64,000 nucleotides of DNA, taken from NCBI GenBank assembly GCA_035906255.1, contig JAMIFM010000029.1, positions 50,944-114,943 on the forward strand, written 5' to 3'. Each line of letters begins with the position of its first letter. Within the stretch, counting starts at the first letter, position 1. Both the position numbers and the translations under genes were made by a program. This document shows positions 7,566 through 14,725 of this stretch, piece after piece. The notes under the pieces were generated by a model. That model was not told the DNA's origin, searched no databases, and saw only the letters and a list, made by a program, of their open reading frames with translations. This DNA comes from Bacteroidia bacterium (GTDB lineage Bacteria > Bacteroidota > Bacteroidia > UBA8524).

Positions 7566-10500
7566 ACACCACGTATCACAGCATCCCAAGTTTGTAAGGG
7601 GCAGGCTCAAAGCATTTGCACACTTCATTGAGACGCTTCCAGATACCGAGGACAAGCACAGCCCCCGCGAACTTTTAAAAATGGGGTTTGTACACCCCGA
7701 TATTGAATACAACGTATCGGCCAAAACCGCACAGTTCGGGGTCAGCCAATCCGAAGCCCCCTTGACCTTTACAGAACTTACCAATTATTCGACGTGGTTT
7801 TATATACACCCCGAAAAAGTAGCAGGCCATGAAACGATAGTTACCTCGCGTGATTTTCCGATAAAAGTAAACGGCGACCGACAAACCATTACCAATACAA
7901 TTACACAAAACCTGCATATTTCATCCAATACCCCAAAGCTCCAACCCCAACATCCCGATTCTGATAAAATGAAACGACTAAGGTTAGCCACTGCCAAAGC
8001 AAAAGCACTTGCCCTGAAACTTAAACTGGATACCAACGCAATAAACGGGGTAGAAAGCGGTTCCCACATCGGCCAAAAATCGGCTCAAAATCGGCAAAAT
8101 ATCGGTGGTTTTCCGCCCTTAGACCCTGCCGTATATGAACTGCTAAAAACCCTGCCTTATGAAAAGGTATCGGGGTTATCGGGATTAGGTAAGCTAACCC
8201 CCGCCAAAGGCCAAAAACAACCCATGCTTTCCTTCAAAGAAGTGGATGAATTGTACAACGCAGGCATTACTACCGAAGAAAAGCAGGCGTGGGTGTATTA
8301 TCAAAAATCCAAAGGCAATAAAATGTTGGGGTGGGATAAGTACGATACCGGAAAACCCTCACCGCAAAAGATTACGGAATTGATGGAAAAAGGGGCGTTG
8401 TTTTACTTAGGCGGGGAATTATTGCCCTATCCTGTGTACTCCTACGGTAATATCTACGACCGACTGATAGACCTTGAAAAAGACAAAGCAGACATTGTAG
8501 ATACCTTTGGCCAAAAGGCATTTGAAGCCCATAAAAAGGCATTGGATACTGCCAAGCCCAAAGAAATAAGCGTACGTGCCCCCGATATTAAAGACCGTCC
8601 TAAAATCTCGGTGGTTTCAAAGTTTGCCTCAAATGAATTATCGTTTAAGATATACGGGTTAAACGAAGCATTGGTAGATGTTTCCTTACCCTCTGATGCT
8701 GCCAGTGAAGGAATATCCCTGCAACGGGCATTCTCGGCATGGATGAAGAAATTGGACGATACCCAATTTCAAAACGTAACTGCCTACGAAATCCAACGGT
8801 ACTACTTAGAAGCCCGCAATTACCCTCGTGGGATGGAAGAAGCCGAAAAGGAACTTATCGAGCAATACGCACCATTAGAGGGAGAACAACTCTTTTCGCG
8901 TTTCCTCTTTGAAGCCTTAACCGACGAAGACAAAGTAAAATTAGACTTTACGTGGAACCGCCAATACAACGGTCAAAGTTCGGTACAATACCAGCGCATC
9001 CCCGTAGGTTTTGAATGCTCCGCCATATTTAAAACCGCCCCCCTTTCCATTACCCCCATACAACGCGAAGGTATTGCCTTTATGACTGCCGTAGGCAGTG
9101 GCTTAATTGCTTACGATGTAGGGGTAGGTAAAACCATGACCGCCATTATCAATATTGCCAATGCCCTATACAGCGGTAAATGCAAACGTCCCCTAATTGT
9201 AGTTCCTAACCCCACCTATAACAAATGGTTAAAAGAACTTTTCGGGTACACCGATAAAGTTACAGGCCAAGAAATTTCAGGGGTGCTGACAGGAACGGGT
9301 TACCAGCTAAACGAATGGTACAATTTGGGAACGGACGTGCAAGGCAAAATTAACCTTAAAAACCCCGTTGCCGAAAAATCCGTTACCGTCCTTACCTACG
9401 AAGGGTTTATGCGTTTGGGGTTCTCTCAAAAACTAATGGAAGGGCTTTTTGAAGACCTTTCCCATATTATCCACCAAACTGACCCCGATAAAGGGGAAAC
9501 AAAACGGGACATTGCCAAACTCAATCAAAAGCTGGAGGAACTAATCGGCGGCTCTAACAAGGAAACGGTAGTCAATGTGGATGATTTGGGGTTTGACTTT
9601 ATCTGTGTGGACGAAGCCCACAACTACAAAAACGTTTTCAGTTATGTACCCCCCGATGAAGAAGGCAACAAACGCTTCAAATTCGACGGCGGCCAAAGCG
9701 CAAGGGCGCAAAAGATGTTCTTTATCACCAATTACATACAGCGCACCTATGGAGCGAATGTAATGATGCTGACGGCTACCCCTTTTACCAACAACCCGAT
9801 GGAAATCTATTCCATGCTCTCAATGGTGGGGTATGAAAACATGAAAAAGTACGGTGTTCGCAACCTGTACGATTTTATGGAAACCTTTATCAATCAGTCC
9901 TACGAGTATGTAATGACCTATCAGGGGGATATTGCCAAAAAGCACGTGGTAAAATCGTTTAACAACCGTTTGGTGTTGCAACGCTTGATATACAACCACA
10001 TTAACTACAAAACAGGCGAAGAGGCAGGGGTCAAACGACCTTGTAAAATCAACCTGCCCCGCACCACTAAAACGGACGAGAAAACAGGACTGCCCATAAA
10101 GCTACCCCCCAACGAGCAGGTAGTGACTTACCTGCAAATGACCGAAGAGCAGCAAACCAACCAAGCCTTTATTAACGACCATCCCAACAAAGTATCAAGG
10201 CTGGAAAAGCTAAAGGCCATTATGCGCTGTTTGGGCTGGAGCTTGGACAATGCGCTGTCCCCCTTCATCTTTACCAAAGAAACCCCTGCGGATTATAAAG
10301 AGTTTGTAGAGAAAAGCCCCAAAATCATGTACACCGTTGCGTGTATCCGTTCGGTAAAGCAATGGCACGAAAAGCGGAACGAACCCGTTTCAGGACAGGT
10401 TATCTATATGAACCGAGGCAAAGAGTACTTTAAGTACATTGTCGAATACCTTGAAAAAGAACTTGGCTTTAAGCCCTCTGTAAAATACAGGGGGGCAACG

Positions 10501-11751
10501 GTGAGCGAAGTGGAGGTAATCACTTCGGAAATTTCCCAATCCCGCCGTGAAATCATCAAAGATGCCTTTTTGGACGGGGTAGTAAAAGTAATTATCGGCA
10601 CGGCTACTATCCGCGAAGGGATTGATTTGCAGCGCAAGGGGACGGTGCTGTACAACTGCTACCCCGATTGGAACCCCACCGATGCTAAACAGTTGGAAGG
10701 ACGTATATGGCGGCAAGGAAATGAATACGGTTATGTAAGGGTGGTAATGCCCTTAGTTCAGGACTCTATGGACGTCTTTGTATTCCAAAAGCTGGAAGAG
10801 AAAACCCAACGGATTAACGATATATGGTACAGAAGCGACCGAGGCAATGTATTGGATTTGGATAGTTTGGATACCGAAGAGGTAAAATTTGCCCTTTATA
10901 CCAATATTGCGGAACTGGCCAAAATTGCCTTAGAGAAAGAACAGCGAGAACTGGACAACCAGCTCAAAATACTAAAATCCCAAATTGATACGGTCAATAA
11001 CGTTGCAGTTTACAAAGCAGGGCTATTAAAATACCGCGAGGAATGTAACAAATACCCGAATAACTGGCGGATTAGTTTAATGAACTTTTTAGCCAACTCT
11101 GCCGAAAACCAAGCTCCCCTGTGGAGCAAAACGGTAAAGGAAATGGAAGAAATTAGGGAACGTGCTTTTGAGCTTGCCAAAGAAATAGACGCTTACATGG
11201 TGCAGCCCCAACAAACCGACCGCGAACTATTGAACCTGTACCGTAAAGTATCCCCGACTGTTTTTGCCACCCGTTATATCCTAACTATACCGCATTCTAC
11301 TTTTGAAAGCCTTAAAATCTATATGGGTGCTATTGCAAAAGCGGAGAAAACCGTATTTGAGGCAAAAGGGTATTCAATGGATACAGATTTTGAGGTGGTG
11401 AAAGAACAACTGGTGCAAGAGCAGAACCGCATTGAAGAACTTTACGCCCAACTGAAAAGCCCCGAAAATTATTCCCGCATCACCGAGGATATTATCCGCA
11501 AAAAGCAAAAACTAAAAGTAAGCGGTCGTTTACCGCAAACAGCGGCAATGGACTTTGCAGGATTAAACCACCTGTTAGCCTATCAGTTTAATCCTACCGA
11601 CAATGGAAGTTGCATTATCCCGTTGCCCGGTGCTGCACCCAAACCCAAACCCCAAAACACCGAAGCTGATGACAGGGAACGTCGCAAACGCCTTGCGCTT
11701 GCAAAAGCAAAAGCCCTTGAACTTAAAATCAAATTATTAAACGTAGCTTAA
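7552..11751 (+). CDS. SNF2-family helicase-like protein, about 1400 aa, with long unassigned N- and C-terminal regions
   Basis: Walker A DVGVGKTMTAI, motif II CVDEAHNYKN, motif III LTATPFTNNPMEIYS, C-lobe GTATIREGIDLQ and WNPTDAKQLEGRIWRQGN. ATG at 7552 is preferred to the GTG at 7525. Confidence 0.85.
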   Translation: MKRDKHHVSQHPKFVRGRLKAFAHFIETLPDTEDKHSPRELLKMGFVHPDIEYNVSAKTAQFGVSQSEAPLTFTELTNYSTWFYIHPEKVAGHETIVTSRDFPIKVNGDRQTITNTITQNLHISSNTPKLQPQHPDSDKMKRLRLATAKAKALALKLKLDTNAINGVESGSHIGQKSAQNRQNIGGFPPLDPAVYELLKTLPYEKVSGLSGLGKLTPAKGQKQPMLSFKEVDELYNAGITTEEKQAWVYYQKSKGNKMLGWDKYDTGKPSPQKITELMEKGALFYLGGELLPYPVYSYGNIYDRLIDLEKDKADIVDTFGQKAFEAHKKALDTAKPKEISVRAPDIKDRPKISVVSKFASNELSFKIYGLNEALVDVSLPSDAASEGISLQRAFSAWMKKLDDTQFQNVTAYEIQRYYLEARNYPRGMEEAEKELIEQYAPLEGEQLFSRFLFEALTDEDKVKLDFTWNRQYNGQSSVQYQRIPVGFECSAIFKTAPLSITPIQREGIAFMTAVGSGLIAYDVGVGKTMTAIINIANALYSGKCKRPLIVVPNPTYNKWLKELFGYTDKVTGQEISGVLTGTGYQLNEWYNLGTDVQGKINLKNPVAEKSVTVLTYEGFMRLGFSQKLMEGLFEDLSHIIHQTDPDKGETKRDIAKLNQKLEELIGGSNKETVVNVDDLGFDFICVDEAHNYKNVFSYVPPDEEGNKRFKFDGGQSARAQKMFFITNYIQRTYGANVMMLTATPFTNNPMEIYSMLSMVGYENMKKYGVRNLYDFMETFINQSYEYVMTYQGDIAKKHVVKSFNNRLVLQRLIYNHINYKTGEEAGVKRPCKINLPRTTKTDEKTGLPIKLPPNEQVVTYLQMTEEQQTNQAFINDHPNKVSRLEKLKAIMRCLGWSLDNALSPFIFTKETPADYKEFVEKSPKIMYTVACIRSVKQWHEKRNEPVSGQVIYMNRGKEYFKYIVEYLEKELGFKPSVKYRGATVSEVEVITSEISQSRREIIKDAFLDGVVKVIIGTATIREGIDLQRKGTVLYNCYPDWNPTDAKQLEGRIWRQGNEYGYVRVVMPLVQDSMDVFVFQKLEEKTQRINDIWYRSDRGNVLDLDSLDTEEVKFALYTNIAELAKIALEKEQRELDNQLKILKSQIDTVNNVAVYKAGLLKYREECNKYPNNWRISLMNFLANSAENQAPLWSKTVKEMEEIRERAFELAKEIDAYMVQPQQTDRELLNLYRKVSPTVFATRYILTIPHSTFESLKIYMGAIAKAEKTVFEAKGYSMDTDFEVVKEQLVQEQNRIEELYAQLKSPENYSRITEDIIRKKQKLKVSGRLPQTAAMDFAGLNHLLAYQFNPTDNGSCIIPLPGAAPKPKPQNTEADDRERRKRLALAKAKALELKIKLLNVA

Positions 11752-11752
11752 T

Positions 11753-12469
11753 ATGATAGCCATTACCCCCAAAAACCTAACTACCGCCCCTATTAATTGG
11801 GCGTTATTACCCAAAGACCTGCAATCAGAAAAAGAGAACCTTGAACTCTACGAAGAATTTTACGACGAAGACACGTCTATCAAACAGAACGTGGATAAAC
11901 TGATAGATGTAATCAAGAAAACCCACAAAGAGGCAGGAAACAAGCCCGCCCCAAAAAAAGCAAGGGGAGTGAAAAAGCTACCTAAAGTTAAAGCCCCTGC
12001 TAAAACCAAACTGCCACGAAAAAAAAAGAGGACGGTAAAAAGGACTGCCGCCCCAAAGAAGAAAAAGGCAGCGGCCAAAAAGACGAAACGCAAAGCCATT
12101 GTAAAAACTAAAATCAAAGTGGTTAAAGAAAAAGCCCTTGTGAACGTTAAGAAATACAGCCTTGAATTACAACTGATAAAGTCTTTTATCGCCATGAAAG
12201 GCAAAGACCGCAAAGTAACCGCCATCCGTAACTTTTTAAAAAGGATAGAATCGGCTAAAAGCAATACCAACGTATCTTCTCAAAAATCCCTGCTTACCGT
12301 TATTGCCCAACGCATGAAAACAGCATTGGCAGGATTATCGGATAATGTGGAATTTGTGCGCAATATCAACATTGCTGAAGATTTGTTAAAGAAATGCAAG
12401 GAGGCTGTGAAAAATGCCAAGCCAAGATTACAAGTGCAATACTTATCGGGTTTGAAGCCAAAAAAGTAG
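11753..12469 (+). CDS. Lysine-rich, histone-H1-like probable DNA-binding protein (238 aa)
   Basis: Central roughly 70-aa tract KPAPKKARGVKKLPKVKAPAKTKLPRKKKRTVKRTAAPKKKKAAAKKTKRK. Starts 1 nt after the helicase stop. Confidence 0.55.
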   Translation: MIAITPKNLTTAPINWALLPKDLQSEKENLELYEEFYDEDTSIKQNVDKLIDVIKKTHKEAGNKPAPKKARGVKKLPKVKAPAKTKLPRKKKRTVKRTAAPKKKKAAAKKTKRKAIVKTKIKVVKEKALVNVKKYSLELQLIKSFIAMKGKDRKVTAIRNFLKRIESAKSNTNVSSQKSLLTVIAQRMKTALAGLSDNVEFVRNINIAEDLLKKCKEAVKNAKPRLQVQYLSGLKPKK

Positions 12470-13149
12470 GTAGGGCGGACAGTCCGCGGACACGTCCGAC
12501 GGGTAGTCCGTCCGTAAGAAAATTAGCTATATCGGGGTTTACTCCCATAAATGAAATACAGCCTGCAAAGGGCACTTTTAGCTTAAAAGGCGACCTGGGC
12601 AGGTTCTTAGGGAACTTGGAACGCTATAAGCTGGCCATCACCCTTGAGGGCGACCAAGGTTCAGGTAAAACCCAATTTGCGTTTCAGTTGGCCGACGGGT
12701 TTGCGGATTTGGGAATGAAAATCGGGTTTTACTCCTTAGAAATCGGAGCAAACTCCAATATCGTAATGACCAATCGCGATAAATACCTAAAACCTGCCAA
12801 CCGTGAACGTTTGTTTGTGAGTGAGGAAAACTCACTAAAAGACGTTCGGGAAAAGGCAAAGGTTTTTGATGTGATTATTATCGACAGTTGGACAAAGCTG
12901 GACGTGGATAGTTCAGAGTTTGATAAGCTGAGAAAGGATTTTCCGAACTGCATTTTTATTGTGATTTTTCAACGTACCTCACAAGGGAAAATACGCGGGG
13001 GAACTAAACCGTTGTACGATGCCGGAATAAATATCATGATTCACAAAGTGGACAATACTTTTACGAACAACTACGCCGATTGTACTAAAAACAGGTATGG
13101 GCAAACGGGTTTGCAGTATAATGTCAGCCAAAAACGGCTGGTAGGATAG
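12394..13149 (+). CDS. RecA/DnaB-like P-loop ATPase
   Basis: Walker A GDQGSGKT, FYSLEI (DnaB-like H1a), Walker B VIIIDSW. The only in-frame ATG lies 76 nt inside the upstream gene, so the true N-terminus is uncertain (see frameshift finding). Confidence 0.7.
   Translation: MQGGCEKCQAKITSAILIGFEAKKVGRADSPRTRPTGSPSVRKLAISGFTPINEIQPAKGTFSLKGDLGRFLGNLERYKLAITLEGDQGSGKTQFAFQLADGFADLGMKIGFYSLEIGANSNIVMTNRDKYLKPANRERLFVSEENSLKDVREKAKVFDVIIIDSWTKLDVDSSEFDKLRKDFPNCIFIVIFQRTSQGKIRGGTKPLYDAGINIMIHKVDNTFTNNYADCTKNRYGQTGLQYNVSQKRLVG
12460..12466 (+). other. Candidate -1 ribosomal frameshift slippery heptamer A_AAA_AAG
   Basis: In the zero frame of 11753-12469 the sequence reads cc[A AAA AAG] TAG. The -1 frame continues as KKVGRAD, which is the ATPase ORF. 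A GC-rich CGGAC/GTCCG cluster starts about 7-10 nt downstream. Confidence 0.45.
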
Positions 13150-13197
13150 AATTAAGTATATTTGCTTTCCTTGTTTAAGGAAAATTGCAATCGACAG

Positions 13198-13225
13198 GCC
13201 GCAGGGATGCGGCTTTTGCTTTTTT
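13198..13225. terminator. Bidirectional terminator hairpin
   Basis: GCCGCA-GGGA-TGCGGC followed by a T-run. Sits between convergent genes. Confidence 0.65.
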
Positions 13226-13841
13226 ATAAATTTTTTAACTTTTCTTTGAGTTCTATTGCTCTTTTCACAAGTGTCCTAATTCTTCCGATTGTTTTTTCCG
13301 GTTCCCCTTGTTTGTCATAAAAACGGTCTAAGGCATTACAGGCAGGGTTGCCTTTATTGCCAAAGTAATGAACAAACGTACTTTTATACAATTCATTTAA
13401 AGATTTGGCATATACAGGCTCAAAAAACTCTATGGTTTTAGAAGTGTTTGCCACCAACTTGCAAGCACAGTCGTATAACCTGAAGTCGTCTTTTTTCCAG
13501 TGCTTTTTATGAAAGAAGTATAAGTCCTCCAAAAGTTCTGCTTCAAATTCGTGAGAAACAATTCCACCTTTATAGAGGCGCTTTATTGAAAAATACAATT
13601 TGTCATTTTTATTATAACGCTTGCTGTAAGAAGAAATTTCTGTATCTGACTTGATTTGTTCTAACAATTCGGCACTGCTTAACGCCTCTACCTTATAATT
13701 CCCCGCAGGTGGTGCAGCATAAAAATCATTATCCAACGCACAGGTGATTGAAAAATCAATACCATCACGGATTTCCAAACGTTCCCCTGTTGTTTTATCG
13801 TAAAAATGGCCGTTTTTGTACGTTAATATTTTTGTTATCAT
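13224..13841 (-). CDS. Hypothetical protein (206 aa), orphan, AT-rich
   Basis: Long ORF. Start taken at MITKILTYKNG (ATG 13841). No motif recognised. Confidence 0.55.
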   Translation of the reverse strand: MITKILTYKNGHFYDKTTGERLEIRDGIDFSITCALDNDFYAAPPAGNYKVEALSSAELLEQIKSDTEISSYSKRYNKNDKLYFSIKRLYKGGIVSHEFEAELLEDLYFFHKKHWKKDDFRLYDCACKLVANTSKTIEFFEPVYAKSLNELYKSTFVHYFGNKGNPACNALDRFYDKQGEPEKTIGRIRTLVKRAIELKEKLKNL

Positions 13842-13959
13842 CTCGATTTCCGCAAATATAGATGAATTACCCCGCAGCATAGCTGTGAGAAATTCTTTAG
13901 ATTAAAACAGGTTGATGAATAAAAATGCTATTAATGTATAGAAAGAAAAGCACTAAACA

Positions 13960-14004
13960 GGGTGTTATCACCCTTGTTCTGAAAGCCCACCCCCGTTACC
14001 TTTG
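13960..14004 (+). promoter_or_regulatory. Operator-plus-promoter head 1
   Basis: GGGTGTTATCACCCTTG (inverted GGTG-N4-CACC overlapping a -33 TTG), a 20-nt spacer, then the -7 box TACCTTTG at 13997-14004. Confidence 0.45.
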
Positions 14005-14010
14005 GTTTCC

Positions 14011-14107
14011 TTTTGATTTTTAGTTGTGCACCTATGTATATACTATCAAATTGCACTTGTTGATGTGTCATCACAAGATTAAAACCGCTCCAATGGGCGG
14101 TTTTTTT
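14011..14107 (+). ncRNA. Candidate short hairpin-terminated transcript 1 (about 95 nt)
   Basis: Lies between promoter head 1 and intrinsic terminator ACCGCTC-CAAT-GGGCGGT plus T7 (14084-14107). Internal hairpin CTTGTTGATG/CATCACAAG. The 5' end is inferred. Confidence 0.3.
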
Positions 14108-14136
14108 GTTTTATTACCCTTGTTCCCTTGTATTTT

Positions 14137-14181
14137 GGGTGTTTTCACCCTTGATAACTCAGCCTTCGCCTTCTATTTTTG
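14137..14181 (+). promoter_or_regulatory. Operator-plus-promoter head 2
   Basis: GGGTGTTTTCACCCTTG, a 20-nt spacer, then -7 box TATTTTTG (14174-14181). Same geometry as head 1. Confidence 0.45.
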
Positions 14182-14187
14182 TCCCGT

Positions 14188-14280
14188 GTGTATTATTTTA
14201 AAACATTGATTTGATAAATTATCTATCCCAAGATATATAATCAAATTTCCACGAAGGCAGCAGGGATGCAGCCTTTTTTA
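14188..14280 (+). ncRNA. Candidate short hairpin-terminated transcript 2 (about 90 nt)
   Basis: Long AT hairpin ATTTGAT...ATCAAAT with inner TATCT/AGATA, then terminator GGCAGCA-GGGA-TGCAGCC plus T6 (14256-14279). The 5' end is inferred. Confidence 0.3.
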
Positions 14281-14310
14281 GTATCGTCTATTCTTTAGCA
14301 CTCAAAAAAT

Positions 14311-14355
14311 GGGTGTTTTCACTGTATTAATTTCTTTAGTATAAAAATACATTTG
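14311..14355 (+). promoter_or_regulatory. Operator-plus-promoter head 3 (degenerate)
   Basis: GGGTGTTTTCAC retains only the left half of the repeat. -7 box TACATTTG at 14348-14355. Confidence 0.3.
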
Positions 14356-14482
14356 CAATACTGCATTTTAATGGCTGTTTGTCTCTTTACCATAAAACGT
14401 TCTTTATACAGGCATAGTAGCAGTATGTTTCTAAAAACAACGTGTTGTTGAACCAGTGTTGGTGTTGTAATTGGTAGTTTAC

Positions 14483-14490
14483 TACCTTTG
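14483..14490 (+). promoter_or_regulatory. -7 promoter box TACCTTTG
   Basis: Exact match to the Bacteroidota TAnnTTTG consensus. TTG candidates lie 15-21 nt upstream. Positioned about 80 nt before the structured RNA. Confidence 0.4.
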
Positions 14491-14567
14491 TGTAAATGAT
14501 AAACTCTTTAGAAACATCAAAACTTAGTCAATAAGGATAACATATAACGTGTCCTGATGATAGTCCC

Positions 14568-14725
14568 TGTTAGGAAATCGGCGAAAATTTAATAACACGG
14601 CGGACTGGCATCCGAGGACATACCCTCAAAAAAGGGTATGTTGCTCAATGCTATTGCCGTGTTGGGTTCTTCGCCGAACCTCCTAACGCAATCAGCAAAG
14701 GGTGCATACCCTTTTTGAGTTTTTA
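14568..14725 (+). ncRNA. Candidate structured RNA / cis-regulatory leader with intrinsic terminator
   Basis: Nested helices: 14569-75/14681-87 (7 bp), 14578-85/14670-77 (8 bp), 14594-602/14655-63 (9 bp), 14606-10/14648-52 (5 bp), apical 14618-26/14633-41 (9 bp). Terminator AAAGGGT-GCAT-ACCCTTT plus T-run at 14697-14725. Class unknown. Confidence 0.45.

Larger units (their letters stand above)
1..13226. mobile_element. Phage-like / virus-derived gene block (partial; continues past left window edge)
   Basis: ORFs run one way and are tightly packed or overlapping, mostly without recognisable families. Contents: LamG-like protein, small-membrane-protein cluster plus GH108-type muramidase, then methyltransferase, SNF2 helicase and ATPase. 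Visibly GC-richer than the AT-rich DNA after 13.2 kb. No integrase, terminase, portal or att site seen in the window, so type and limits are unproven. Confidence 0.45.

Noticed and set aside
12019-12027. A9 run (CGA AAA AAA AAG) inside the lysine-rich gene as a second frameshift site
   Set aside because: The -1 frame from this point hits a stop after about 28 codons (TAA at 12109-12111) and leads to no ORF. It is more likely just lysine codons.
6297-13149. Methyltransferase + SNF2 helicase + ATPase as a DISARM/BREX-like host defence island
   Set aside because: No DrmA/DrmB/DrmC-like (DUF1998, PLD) or PglZ/BrxC partners are present. The genes are embedded co-directionally in a phage-like block next to lysis-type genes, so a phage DNA-modification or replication role is more parsimonious.
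14024-14209. 61-aa very hydrophobic ORF in the ORF-free junction (a possible type I toxin-like peptide)
   Set aside because: It reads straight through an intrinsic terminator (14084-14107) and through operator head 2. The hydrophobicity follows from T-rich DNA, and there is no start context. It remains an alternative to the small-RNA interpretation.
14554-14560. CUGAUGA box suggesting a hammerhead ribozyme just 5' of the structured RNA
   Set aside because: The sequence that follows (TAGTCCCTGTTAG before GAAA) cannot form stem II, and no stem I/III arrangement is apparent.
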